From Bacteroidota bacterium (GTDB lineage: Bacteria > Bacteroidota > Bacteroidia > Bacteroidales > UBA7960): a stretch of DNA of 64,000 nt. The position numbers and the translations under genes were made by a program. The stretch lies in NCBI GenBank assembly GCA_018335675.1, contig JAGXRQ010000050.1, forward strand, positions 34,174 to 98,173, written 5' to 3'. Position 1 is the first letter of the stretch, and every line of letters begins with the position of its first letter. Below, one piece after another: positions 38,394 to 48,370 of the stretch. The notes below the pieces were generated by a model. The model saw only the letters and a list, made by a program, of their open reading frames with translations, had not been told where the DNA came from and searched no databases.

Positions 38394-39453
38394 TGTTTTT
38401 ATCTTTTTTTCGTTCAATTCTACACGCTAATTGTCCGCACGCGGCATCAATATCTGCGCCTTTGCTTTGTCTAATGTTTACAATTAAATTTTTATTTTCC
38501 AGGTATCTTACAAAACTCGAAAGATCTTGTTTGCTGCCTGGTTTAAAAGGTATTCCATTCACAGGGTTATATTCAATAATATTTATTTTGCAAGGACTAA
38601 TTTTGCAAAACTCTGCTAGCAAAGCTGCATCATCTAGAGTATCATTAAAGCCTTTCAAAAACAAATACTCGTAGGTAATTCTTGAGCCTGTTTGTTCATG
38701 AAAATATTGTATTACTTTTTTAAGCTCAAACAAATCATTCTTTGTGTTTGTTGGCATAATTCTGCTTCTTTTCTCATTATCTGCTGTATGAAGAGAAATT
38801 GCCAAATTATACTTTACGTTATCATCAGCCATTTGTTTTATGCCACTTATTATTCCTGCAGTTGAAAGTGTAATTCTTGAAGGCGACATCCCCATTCCGT
38901 TTGAAGTGGTCATAAAATTTATAGCCTTGCTTACTTCATCATAATTTAAAAGAGGCTCGCCCATTCCCATTAAAACAACATTACTGATGCTGTCGTCAAA
39001 TTGCTCTAAAGCTATTTTTTCAATTTCTGCCAATTGGTCATAAATTTCATATGCCATAAGATTTCTCTTAAATCCCATAGTGGCAGTTGCACAGAATTTG
39101 CAGCCCAACGCACAGCCTACTTGTGATGAAATACAAGCTGTTAATCTGTCGCCTGAAGGTATAATTACCCCTTCAATCAGTGAATTATCAAATAAGCGAA
39201 ATGCTATTTTTATTGTGTTATCCTTGCTTTGTTGCTTTGACGTGATTTTAGGATATCCAATAAAAAACTCCTTACTTAATTTTTCTCTTAATTCAGATGA
39301 AAGATTTGTCATATCATCAAAACTGTGTGCATGTTTTTTCCAAAGCCACTCGTGTAACTGTTTAGCTCTGAAAGGCTTTTCCCCACACTTTTTTATAATT
39401 GCAATATATTCTTGCGGGTCAAGAGTTTTAATATCTATTTTGTCATCTTTCAT
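38383..39453 (-). CDS. rlmN: 23S rRNA/tRNA (adenine-C2)-methyltransferase, radical SAM
   Basis: FRAKQLHEWLW, SSQVGCALGCKFCATA, MGMGEPL and ACGQL. Confidence 0.93.
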   Translation of the reverse strand: MKDDKIDIKTLDPQEYIAIIKKCGEKPFRAKQLHEWLWKKHAHSFDDMTNLSSELREKLSKEFFIGYPKITSKQQSKDNTIKIAFRLFDNSLIEGVIIPSGDRLTACISSQVGCALGCKFCATATMGFKRNLMAYEIYDQLAEIEKIALEQFDDSISNVVLMGMGEPLLNYDEVSKAINFMTTSNGMGMSPSRITLSTAGIISGIKQMADDNVKYNLAISLHTADNEKRSRIMPTNTKNDLFELKKVIQYFHEQTGSRITYEYLFLKGFNDTLDDAALLAEFCKISPCKINIIEYNPVNGIPFKPGSKQDLSSFVRYLENKNLIVNIRQSKGADIDAACGQLACRIERKKDKNNEK

Positions 39454-39544
39454 GCTGGCAAAGATACTAAGTTTATTGTTTGAAATTTTTAGTGTAATTT
39501 TATACGGCTTTCAAATTCTGTTTCTTTTAATATTCAATGCTTTA

Positions 39545-40165
39545 ATGAAAAATCAATTTTTGATTTGGTTATCAGAAGTCTTTTATAAAAAATCATTAAC
39601 CTGGAAAGTAAAAACTACTGAAAAAGAAGTTTTTATAACCTTTGATGATGGTCCGACTGAATCATATACTGAAAAAATTCTTGAAATTCTTGATTGCTAT
39701 AATGTTAGAGCAACATTTTTTTGCTTAGCTAAAAATGTGGAAAAATTCCCCGAGTTATTTGAAAGGATAAAACATTCCGGACATTCCATTGGAAATCATG
39801 GATATGAGCACTTGAATGGATGGAAAATATCAAGAGAAAAATTTCTTGAAAATGTTTTTAAAGCTGATAAAATCATTAGTTCAAAAATATTCAGACCACC
39901 TTATGGAGGTATTACCCCATGTCAAGCAAAGGGAATTTCAAAGCATTTTAAAGTGATTATGTGGAGAACAATGTCAAGAGATTATTCTAGGAGAATGACT
40001 GCGGAAAAGTGTTTAAAAAGGCTTAAAAGGAATATAACCCCTGGCGACATAATTGTTTTTCATGATTCCGAATCGGCATCTGAAACTACTATAAAAGTAT
40101 TGCCTGAATTTTTAAAGTATATAAATGAAAAAGGGTATAAAACATCTGTGATAAATGAGGTGTGA
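39545..40165 (+). CDS. Polysaccharide deacetylase (NodB / CE4 family)
   Basis: FITFDDGP, ATFF and SIGNHGYEH. The start is placed at ATG 39545 because the tracked ORF upstream of 39453 is antisense to rlmN. ATG 39452 is an alternative that would add a TM helix. Confidence 0.8.
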   Translation: MKNQFLIWLSEVFYKKSLTWKVKTTEKEVFITFDDGPTESYTEKILEILDCYNVRATFFCLAKNVEKFPELFERIKHSGHSIGNHGYEHLNGWKISREKFLENVFKADKIISSKIFRPPYGGITPCQAKGISKHFKVIMWRTMSRDYSRRMTAEKCLKRLKRNITPGDIIVFHDSESASETTIKVLPEFLKYINEKGYKTSVINEV

Positions 40166-40220
40166 TTTACCTTGGCGGTATTTTTATTACATTTGTAGAG
40201 TTATAATATTAACAACCACG

Positions 40221-42065
40221 ATGATAAATACTTTATACTTTAAGAAAATAAGATTGCTTTTTGCAGCAGTAGTTGCATTATTGTTTGCTTTTTCTTGTGC
40301 AAATGTAGTTGCCCCCACAGGAGGCCCTAAAGATATTACCCCGCCTACTGTTTTAAGAAGTAATCCGGCCAATTATTCAACAAATTTTACCGGGAAAACA
40401 ATAAGATTTTATTTTGACGAGTATGTCGAATTGAAAAACATAAATCAGAAATTGCTTATTTCGCCACCATTGAAAACACAACCTGAATTCAGACTCAGAG
40501 GCAAATCTATTGTGATGGAAATAAACCCAGACGAACTTAAACCCAACACTACTTATAATATTTTTTTTGATGACGCGGTTGCCGATTTGAATGAAGGTAA
40601 TGCAATCCAAAACTTTAGGTTTGTGTTTTCTACGGGCGATTTTCTTGATTCACTGTCTGTTAGGGGAAATGTTTTTGAAGCTTTCTCTCTTATGCCAGTG
40701 AAAAACACATTCGTTATGCTTTTTGATTCGATTTACGATTCGGTTCCGTATTTGGAAAAACCCGTTTATGTTTCTAAAACGAATGATAAGGGTGATTTTG
40801 AAATTAGTTTTGTTAAGTCCGGGGAGTATAAGATGTTTGCGCTGGAGGATATTAATTCTAGCTACACATTTGACCTTCCTACTGAAAGAATCGCATTTTT
40901 TGATAGTCTGATTTCTCCAACTTTTTTAGGACACCCACATAAACCTATTAAAGAAGAAGATGCAACAATAGAGAACATTGACTCTGTTTTGATCGAAACA
41001 TCGTCACAAAGAAGATCGCTAAGACAAGAAGCTGATACCGTTGAGGTTGATGACATAATAATGGCTGATGAGGTCGATGTTGTGGAAGATTCTGTTGTTA
41101 AACCTGAATTGCAATTTTATAAATTAGCTCTCTTTTTGGAAGAAGATACTGTTCAAAAAATCAGCAGTGTTTCCATGACGCAGAAGAATTTGATGATGAT
41201 TGTTTTTAGGGTAGCTGCTGAAAATCCATCATTCATAGATATTAGGCAGGCCATTGACCATAAAGAATATTTTCAGGAACTGAGCAAATCAAAGGATAGT
41301 CTTTTTGTATGGTTTAATGATTTTGAACGCGACAGTCTTTTCATAGAAATATCAGACAGAAATGTTATCGTTGATACTGTAAGTCTTTCTACAGAATTTA
41401 GAGAGCGGGTTCAAAGAGGAAGAGCTCCAAGAGAAGAAGTTAAGAAGATTGCCTTTAAGAATAACATTGCTTCGGGCGGCATTCTTGCATATTTTGATAA
41501 CCTTGAGATTTACACTAATAATCCTATAAAAGAAATAGATAATAGCAAGGTGTTATTATTTAAAAATGACACAATTCAAATTGAGGCAAGCCTTGAAGTG
41601 TTTGGTAGTGCACAAAGAAAGTTAAGGTTGAATACTGTTTTAGAACAGGAAAGTATTTATAAATTGCTAATCGTTGATAGTTGCATCACTGATATTTATG
41701 GGTTTTCTCACGACACATTAAAGCTGAATTTTAAAACAGATGGCGAAGAAATATACGGAAAAATTATACTTAATCTAACAATTCCGGACAAAGAAAAACA
41801 ATATGTTCTTCAGTTGATAGATGATAAGAAGGAATTAATAAAAGAAGAAATAATAACAACCTCGGGCTTATATGTGTATCCAAATCTTAAGGCAGGTAAA
41901 TACGGATTTAAGTTGATTGAAGACAAAAACAGAGATTGTAGATGGACTTCAGGGCGCTATTTAAAGGGTATTCAACCTGAAGTTGTTATGTTTTATAATG
42001 AACAAATTCAACTGCGACAAAACTGGGAAATGGAAGTAACCTGGAACCTCGATAAAGATTTATAG
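40221..42065 (+). CDS. Lipoprotein with N-terminal bacterial Ig-like (SbsA/Big_5-type) domain
   Basis: The ATG at 40221 gives a lipobox (LLFAFSCAN). APTGGPKDITPPTV..SNPAN.STNF is the usual start of this Ig-like family. The rest is uncharacterised. Confidence 0.65.
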   Translation: MINTLYFKKIRLLFAAVVALLFAFSCANVVAPTGGPKDITPPTVLRSNPANYSTNFTGKTIRFYFDEYVELKNINQKLLISPPLKTQPEFRLRGKSIVMEINPDELKPNTTYNIFFDDAVADLNEGNAIQNFRFVFSTGDFLDSLSVRGNVFEAFSLMPVKNTFVMLFDSIYDSVPYLEKPVYVSKTNDKGDFEISFVKSGEYKMFALEDINSSYTFDLPTERIAFFDSLISPTFLGHPHKPIKEEDATIENIDSVLIETSSQRRSLRQEADTVEVDDIIMADEVDVVEDSVVKPELQFYKLALFLEEDTVQKISSVSMTQKNLMMIVFRVAAENPSFIDIRQAIDHKEYFQELSKSKDSLFVWFNDFERDSLFIEISDRNVIVDTVSLSTEFRERVQRGRAPREEVKKIAFKNNIASGGILAYFDNLEIYTNNPIKEIDNSKVLLFKNDTIQIEASLEVFGSAQRKLRLNTVLEQESIYKLLIVDSCITDIYGFSHDTLKLNFKTDGEEIYGKIILNLTIPDKEKQYVLQLIDDKKELIKEEIITTSGLYVYPNLKAGKYGFKLIEDKNRDCRWTSGRYLKGIQPEVVMFYNEQIQLRQNWEMEVTWNLDKDL

Positions 42066-42067
42066 TA

Positions 42068-43702
42068 ATGGCAGATTTTAAAAATATTTCGGGGAACATA
42101 GTAGATGTTGTTAGCAAGAAGATTTTCAAGGGGGAAATCACAGTAAAGAATGGTAAGATAGAGTCTGTTAAGGAATCTGACACCTCTTCTGAAAATTTTA
42201 TAATTCCAGGCTTTATCGACTCGCATTTGCATGTTGAAAGTTCTATGCTTATTCCTTCTGAATTTGCCAGAATTGCTGTAACTCATGGTACAATCGGCGC
42301 AGTATCAGACCCTCATGAAATTGCAAATGTGTTGGGAGTGGATGGTGTCTATTTTATGATTAAAAACGGGAAAAAGGTTCCTTTTAAATTTTACTTCGGC
42401 GCTCCATCTTGTGTTCCGGCTACTTCTTTCGAGTCATCCGGTGCCAATATCTCCTCAAATGAGATTAAAGTATTGTTGGCTGATAATGACGTACACTATC
42501 TGGCAGAAATGATGAATTTCCCGGGCGTTGTTTATGATGATGTTGAAGTTTGGGAAAAATTGAAAGCTGCTAAAAATGCCAATAAAGTTGTAGATGGGCA
42601 TGCCCCTGGTCTGAAAGGAGCAAATTTGGAGAAGTATGTTAAAGCTGGTGTCTCAACAGATCATGAATGCTTTACAATTGAAGAAGGTCTTGAAAAAATA
42701 GAACTGGGAATGAAAATTCTTATCAGAGAAGGTAGCGCTGCAAAGAACTTCGATGACCTAATTGATTTAATTAAAGATTATCCTCAGCATATTATGCTTT
42801 GTTCAGACGACAAACATCCTGATGATTTGATAAAAGGACATATTAACTTATTGGTTAAGAGGGCACTAGATATAGGATATGATGTTTTTGATGTACTTAG
42901 ATCGGTAACTTTAAATCCAAAACAACATTATAACCTTGACAATGGGCTGCTTCAAGTCGGAGATAACGCTGATTTTGTGATAGTAGATAATTTGCAGAGT
43001 CTCAACATTCTCGAAACATTTATAAATGGCATTAGGGTTGCTGAAAATGGAAAAACGCTAATTAAAAATGTTGAAGAAAAACCAATCAATAAATTTGAGT
43101 GCAATAAATTGTCTGCCAGCGATTTAAAAGTGCCGGCAGAATCTAACAAGATTAAAGTAATCGAGGTAATTGACGGACAGTTGATTACAAAAAGAACATC
43201 AGAAATAGTACAACCAAAAAAGGGATTTGTTGATGCTGATATTTCTAAAGACATTCTGAAAATTGTTGTATTAAACAGATACTCACGTTCCTTACCCAGC
43301 ATTGCATTTATTAGAGGATTCGGATTGAAAAAAGGTGCTATTGCATCTACTATTGCTCACGACAGCCACAATATTATAGCTGTGGGTACTAACGATGAGG
43401 ATTTGGCAAATGCTATAAATTTGCTTATTGATGCCAGAGGTGGAATATCTTTCGCATGCAATGAAGAAAATGATGTTTTGCCTCTTCCTTTTGCCGGATT
43501 AATGTCGGGTGAAGATGTTTATGTTGTTGCCAACAAGTATGAAACTATTGATAGAAAAGCTAAAGGACTTGGCTCAACACTTATATCTCCTTTTATGACA
43601 TTATCATTTATGGCATTGCTTGTTATACCTGAGATAAAAATAAGCGACAAAGGCCTTTTTGATGGTGAAAAATTTGAATTTATATCTTTGTTCGATAAAT
43701 GA
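42068..43702 (+). CDS. ade: Adenine deaminase
   Basis: PGFIDSHLHVESSML, GT.......HEIANV and DGHAPGL, with a length of about 540 aa. Confidence 0.9.
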   Translation: MADFKNISGNIVDVVSKKIFKGEITVKNGKIESVKESDTSSENFIIPGFIDSHLHVESSMLIPSEFARIAVTHGTIGAVSDPHEIANVLGVDGVYFMIKNGKKVPFKFYFGAPSCVPATSFESSGANISSNEIKVLLADNDVHYLAEMMNFPGVVYDDVEVWEKLKAAKNANKVVDGHAPGLKGANLEKYVKAGVSTDHECFTIEEGLEKIELGMKILIREGSAAKNFDDLIDLIKDYPQHIMLCSDDKHPDDLIKGHINLLVKRALDIGYDVFDVLRSVTLNPKQHYNLDNGLLQVGDNADFVIVDNLQSLNILETFINGIRVAENGKTLIKNVEEKPINKFECNKLSASDLKVPAESNKIKVIEVIDGQLITKRTSEIVQPKKGFVDADISKDILKIVVLNRYSRSLPSIAFIRGFGLKKGAIASTIAHDSHNIIAVGTNDEDLANAINLLIDARGGISFACNEENDVLPLPFAGLMSGEDVYVVANKYETIDRKAKGLGSTLISPFMTLSFMALLVIPEIKISDKGLFDGEKFEFISLFDK

Positions 43703-44802
43703 TGAATGATAAAGAAAATATAAACGACAAAAACTCTGCTCTTAAAGTTAATAAGGGTATTGAGCAGCCTCCATCAATAAATGAGAAGGCCGCTAATGCT
43801 TTTAAAAGAAAAAAACCAGTTAGGTTGTCTCTCGAAGAGTATCTACAGGGAATTCTTTCCGGCAATATTACAATTTTAAGCAAGGCTATAACACTGATAG
43901 AGAGCTCGCTACAGTCTGACAATGAACTTGCTCAAAAGATTATTGAAGGTTGTATGCCCCACTCGGGTAAATCAATTCGAATAGGCATTACCGGAGTGCC
44001 CGGAGCCGGAAAAAGCACCTTTATTGAAGCTTTTGGAAAATTTCTAACCGGACAACAAAAGAAAATAGCTGTATTAGCCGTTGACCCAAGCAGTTCCATT
44101 TCAAAAGGAAGTTTGCTAGGGGATAAAACCCGAATGGAAACATTGGCAGTAGATCCGCTGGCATTTGTAAGGCCATCTCCAGCTGCAGGTTCTCTTGGGG
44201 GTGTGGCAAAGAAGACCAGAGAAATAATTATACTTTGCGAAGCAGCAGGCTTTGAAATAATTCTTATTGAAACGGTAGGGGTTGGACAATCTGAAATAGC
44301 GGTTCATTCTATGGTAGATTTTTTCCTTCTTTTGATGATTGCCGGAGCCGGTGATGAGCTTCAGGGAATTAAGAGAGGTATTATCGAAATGTGCGATGCT
44401 ATGATTATCAATAAAGCGGATGGGGATAATATTTTGAGAGCACACGGAGCAAAAGTTCAATATGAAAATGCTTTGCATCTATTTCCTCAAAAACCGGGTG
44501 GATGGCTACCTAGAGTGCTAGCAGTTTCTTCTATAAATAGAACCGGTATTGATAAGGTTTGGGACATGATTTTATCATACATAGAAATGATGACCGAGAA
44601 CGGGTTTTTCAGACAAAAAAGAGATGAACAGAAAACACAAAGATTCTATGATGCTGTAAATCAAGCTCTTTTCGATAGTTTTTATAATAGCGAAGAAGTG
44701 AAAAAGCAATTACCGGAAATTGAAAAACTGCTTCAAAATAAGGTTTTAAATTCCTACCAAGCAGCTGAAGCATTGTTGAGGGTGTATTTTAAAAAAGGAT
44801 GA
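43699..44802 (+). CDS. meaB: G3E-family GTPase MeaB/ArgK (methylmalonyl-CoA mutase-associated type)
   Basis: ITLIES, GITGVPGAGKSTFIEA, ETVGVGQSE and INKADG. The start ATG overlaps the ade stop (ATGA). Confidence 0.88.
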   Translation: MMNDKENINDKNSALKVNKGIEQPPSINEKAANAFKRKKPVRLSLEEYLQGILSGNITILSKAITLIESSLQSDNELAQKIIEGCMPHSGKSIRIGITGVPGAGKSTFIEAFGKFLTGQQKKIAVLAVDPSSSISKGSLLGDKTRMETLAVDPLAFVRPSPAAGSLGGVAKKTREIIILCEAAGFEIILIETVGVGQSEIAVHSMVDFFLLLMIAGAGDELQGIKRGIIEMCDAMIINKADGDNILRAHGAKVQYENALHLFPQKPGGWLPRVLAVSSINRTGIDKVWDMILSYIEMMTENGFFRQKRDEQKTQRFYDAVNQALFDSFYNSEEVKKQLPEIEKLLQNKVLNSYQAAEALLRVYFKKG

Positions 44803-44863
44803 TAAGTGAGATTATTGATTTATAAGATTTATAAGATTGAAGATTGTAAGCTCTTATTGTAGC

Positions 44864-44902
44864 TTTCCTGTCACCTCTACCTGTCACCCTCCATACCTGT
44901 AA
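44864..44902. repeat. Second CTGTCAC repeat locus (2 full copies plus 1 degenerate)
   Basis: 44864-44888 (TTTCCTGTCACCTCTACCTGTCACC) matches 1182-1206 at 24 of 25 positions in the same orientation. Overlaps the last codons of the DUF1287 gene. Confidence 0.8.
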
Positions 44903-45489
44903 TGCCCAATAATTTTAAAATCGAAAAGGCAATCTTCCAGCACCTGTCCGGCGCCAATGTTATGAATTATAAGATATCTTTTGCCATCGTTGGATCTTAT
45001 GTTTGAAACAATGCCAATGTGAGTTTGTCCGCCTGAGAGATTCCAGCATACAATATTTCCGGGAAGATAAATATCAGGATTATTAGAAATTTCGAGCACT
45101 TCTCCGTGTCTTTCGAAAAATTTCATTTGATTAGGAACTCTTCTGTGGTCGATGTTTCTGTCGGTTTTGGTTAAGCCCCAAATGTTGGGATATTTTTCAA
45201 AATGTGTCTTCATGTCCTCATGTATTTCTTTTTGAAGGTCGATTCCCAATTTTCGGTATGCTCTAATTACAACATCTGTACAAACGCCAATATTTGCGGG
45301 GACATCTCCATTTGGGTATGTTATTGAGAAGTAGTTTGGGTTATATTTAACATTTTGTTTGGTAAGTGTTAATGCCGAATCCGCAAGGCTTTTGAAGAAA
45401 ACGGATTGGGAATTTAATCCTAATGGTAGTAATGAGAATATTAATATGCCTATAAGAAAAGGGCTAAATATGTAGTATCTTGGCATCAT
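44884..45489 (-). CDS. DUF1287 domain protein
   Basis: Signal peptide. GVCTDVVIRAYRK.GIDLQ, HRRV and GDIV.W......HIGIVS are typical of DUF1287. Confidence 0.8.
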   Translation of the reverse strand: MMPRYYIFSPFLIGILIFSLLPLGLNSQSVFFKSLADSALTLTKQNVKYNPNYFSITYPNGDVPANIGVCTDVVIRAYRKLGIDLQKEIHEDMKTHFEKYPNIWGLTKTDRNIDHRRVPNQMKFFERHGEVLEISNNPDIYLPGNIVCWNLSGGQTHIGIVSNIRSNDGKRYLIIHNIGAGQVLEDCLFDFKIIGHYRYGG

Positions 45490-47027
45490 TACTTAATTTT
45501 ATATGGCTTTAATTCTTCAAAGAAAATATCGTCATTTGGCACTTCAAATTCCAATCCTGTAATTTTCATGTTGTTGTCTGAGAGAAACTTAACTGTACCA
45601 AAATCAAACCAGGCATGTTTTTCATCCCAAATTATTTCCCAAACATCATAATGCCAGTGCTTTAGTGTTGCAGACAATCTTGGAGAATGTTCAAATTCAA
45701 TTATTAACTGATTATTTACAATTTGTACTTTGATAATTCCATAAATATCGGAATAGTAATTTCCGGAATATGATTTTAAATCAAGTGATGGATTGGTTCC
45801 TAATATTCTGTTCTTCTTAATGTTTTCAATTCTGTTATCGTTTTTATTCCGGTTTTCATAACGTTTTAAATAAAAATCTGACCAATCTTTGTTTTGAGTG
45901 TTTAAAAAGCGATCGAAGGTATAATAGGTTACGGCCATAATCGGACTTTTTTGTCCATTTGTAAGTACAACAACTCCTAGTTTTTTATCTGGGATGAGAG
46001 TAACTGCACTTATCATTCCGTCGTAACCGCCTGTGTGACCAACCATAAAGTTTCCGAAATAATCTCCAACCGACCAACCTAATCCGTATCCACTGAAGTG
46101 TCTTCCAAGATCATTAGGCTTTGTATGATCAACTGTGAAGCTAATGTGCGGAGTCCACATGTTGTTAATAGTTGAAGGCCTTAGTATTGTATCATTGTTG
46201 TTTATTCCATTATTCATTATAAAAATCATCCATTTGGCTACATCTTCAACGCTGGAAATAATTCCACCCATAGCAGCAATTTCAGACCAATCTTCCCATC
46301 CTGTAACGAAGTTTTTTTCATCAATTCTTCCGTGTGGAGTAGCAAAGTTGCCCTTCTTGTCCAGATCTTTAGTGGTTGTGATAGATCGGTTCATACCTAA
46401 TGGGTCGAAGAACCTTTCTTTAATATTTTCACTCCAACTTTTTCCTGTAACGATTTTTATGATTTCACCGGCTACAATATACATATGGTTAGAATAACCG
46501 TATCCTGCTCTGAAGCTGTTTTCCTGTGGCAAATTAGCCGCAAGTTTATATAATTCTGATGATTTAAAGTTTGATTTGTACCAAATTACATCACCGCTAA
46601 AAGTGCCCAATCCAACCCTATGGCAAAGCAGGTCTCTAATAGTAACTTCATTACTTATCCAGGGGTCATTAAATAATGAAAAGTCCGGAATGTATTTTTT
46701 TACCTTGTCATTCCAATCTAACTTTCCTTCCTGAACAAGAATTCCAATCATTGCAGCTGTAAAAGCCTTTGAGTTTGATGCAATTGCATAAAGAGTATTT
46801 TTGTCTGGTTTTTTATTACCGCCCAATTCCATTACACCATAATTACCGGTAAAAACAAGTTTGCCGTCTTTAACAATACCAATACTCATTCCCGGCAAAT
46901 CCCATTCATTAATCATTTTAGAAAAATACTCATCTAATTGTTTATAATTTATCGAAGATTTTCCTTGAGGGAAAAGCGATAAGCTTAAAGAAAAAGCGAG
47001 GAGAATAGATAATGTTAATTTTCTCAT
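45489..47027 (-). CDS. Serine hydrolase, beta-lactamase family with C-terminal lipocalin-like (DUF3471-type) domain
   Basis: SxxK (ASNSKAFT), YSN, and HTGG (KTG-like). The C-terminal ~110 aa (YSGNYYSDIYG...) resemble the usual extension of this family. Confidence 0.8.
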   Translation of the reverse strand: MRKLTLSILLAFSLSLSLFPQGKSSINYKQLDEYFSKMINEWDLPGMSIGIVKDGKLVFTGNYGVMELGGNKKPDKNTLYAIASNSKAFTAAMIGILVQEGKLDWNDKVKKYIPDFSLFNDPWISNEVTIRDLLCHRVGLGTFSGDVIWYKSNFKSSELYKLAANLPQENSFRAGYGYSNHMYIVAGEIIKIVTGKSWSENIKERFFDPLGMNRSITTTKDLDKKGNFATPHGRIDEKNFVTGWEDWSEIAAMGGIISSVEDVAKWMIFIMNNGINNNDTILRPSTINNMWTPHISFTVDHTKPNDLGRHFSGYGLGWSVGDYFGNFMVGHTGGYDGMISAVTLIPDKKLGVVVLTNGQKSPIMAVTYYTFDRFLNTQNKDWSDFYLKRYENRNKNDNRIENIKKNRILGTNPSLDLKSYSGNYYSDIYGIIKVQIVNNQLIIEFEHSPRLSATLKHWHYDVWEIIWDEKHAWFDFGTVKFLSDNNMKITGLEFEVPNDDIFFEELKPYKIK

Positions 47028-47059
47028 AGTCAGTTAATTATAAGGTATAAAAAGGGTTA

Positions 47060-48370
47060 TTAATCAAGGATTTTTCCAGAAATTTGCAACAGGCTGATTT
47101 CCGCCATTTTAGCCTGATACTGTATTGACAACATACGTTCTTCTGCCTCGAGAAGGTTTTTTTGAACCTCCCTAAGTTCAAACCCCGATAAAGCTCCAAG
47201 CCTGTATCTTTCAAAAGCTATATCCAGGTTTTCTCTTGCAACTTCAAGGTTTTGGGTTTCAAGTTCAAGAAGCCTCAGGTTATTTGTGTATGCATTATAA
47301 ATAGTAATTAGGTCGCCTATTACTTCTTGCTTTGTTAAGTCAAGATTAAGAGTTTTAGTGTCAGTTTCTATTCTTGCGTTTGATATTTGCCTTTGAGTAT
47401 TTCTACCATCGTAAATATTGAATCCGAGAGTAACTGAGAAATTCATTCCCCATGTTTGTTGATTAACAATCTGTCCACTTTGAAAAGTATTGTAAGTATG
47501 GCCGTATCCTGAAATAAGATTGAGATATGGATATCTTTTAGATTTTACCATGTCAATGTCAAACTCAGAAATACTTAGGTTCTTTTTGGCGGCAAGAATG
47601 GAAACGTTATTCTGTTCTACTTCCTTGAGGAGTTCGTCATAAATCAAAAAGGAATTAACAACAATATTTGTATCTGAAGGGGTTATATGATTTGTTAAAT
47701 CAGGTTCGGCAATTACTTCAGCTAATCTAACACGAGAAGCTCTCAATACTTCGTATTGGCGTTCAAGTCTGGAGCTGTCGGCGTTCAAATTTACCTGAGC
47801 CTGCAGCAGAGTTACTTTAGAGCCAGAGCCCAGTAAAAAATGCTCTTGCTCAATTCTAACACGTTCTCTTGATAAATCAACGGCATATTGAAGATTTGAA
47901 AACAGCCTGGTTTGTTGAATATAGAAATAATATTCTGATGCAAGATTTGCTACCATGTTTTCAACAGCTATTCTTGTATTTAATTCTGCAAAATCTTTTA
48001 TTTCGCCTAGCTGCTTATATCTGTTTTGTGCTCTGAATCCTTCAAAAAGCATCCAATTGGCTTGAAGGCCGGTGAATGATGTTGTGTTATAAATATTTCT
48101 AAGTTTTCTGTCAGCCTCATCAATAAATATTTGATCTGTATTATTATAAGTCCCAGAATAGGAAGAATTTAGCCCTATTCGGGGCAGCAAACCGGCATTT
48201 CCACGACTAAAATTATTTTCTGCAATTTTTTCATAATTACTCATTATTCTTATAGAATAATTTCTTTCCAGGGCTATTTCAATAAACTCCTTCAAGCTTA
48301 ATTTTTGCTGTGAAAACAAACTTGCGGAGGAAAATAGTAATAGTAAAAAAGTAAAAAGTTTAGTTTTCAT
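47060..48370 (-). CDS. TolC-family outer membrane efflux protein
   Basis: The ATG at 48370 gives a signal peptide. Two OEP repeats are present. It is the last gene of the RND operon and overlaps the acrB-like stop by 11 nt. Confidence 0.8.
   Translation of the reverse strand: MKTKLFTFLLLLFSSASLFSQQKLSLKEFIEIALERNYSIRIMSNYEKIAENNFSRGNAGLLPRIGLNSSYSGTYNNTDQIFIDEADRKLRNIYNTTSFTGLQANWMLFEGFRAQNRYKQLGEIKDFAELNTRIAVENMVANLASEYYFYIQQTRLFSNLQYAVDLSRERVRIEQEHFLLGSGSKVTLLQAQVNLNADSSRLERQYEVLRASRVRLAEVIAEPDLTNHITPSDTNIVVNSFLIYDELLKEVEQNNVSILAAKKNLSISEFDIDMVKSKRYPYLNLISGYGHTYNTFQSGQIVNQQTWGMNFSVTLGFNIYDGRNTQRQISNARIETDTKTLNLDLTKQEVIGDLITIYNAYTNNLRLLELETQNLEVARENLDIAFERYRLGALSGFELREVQKNLLEAEERMLSIQYQAKMAEISLLQISGKILD

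Noticed and set aside
39080-39544. Long N-terminal extension of the polysaccharide deacetylase ORF (tracked start 39080), and a CATG start-codon overlap with rlmN at 39451-39454
   Set aside because: The first 124 codons are antisense to rlmN and have no family resemblance. NodB-family homology starts after 39600. ATG 39452 remains a possible alternative start, but the head-to-head start overlap is not needed to explain the data.
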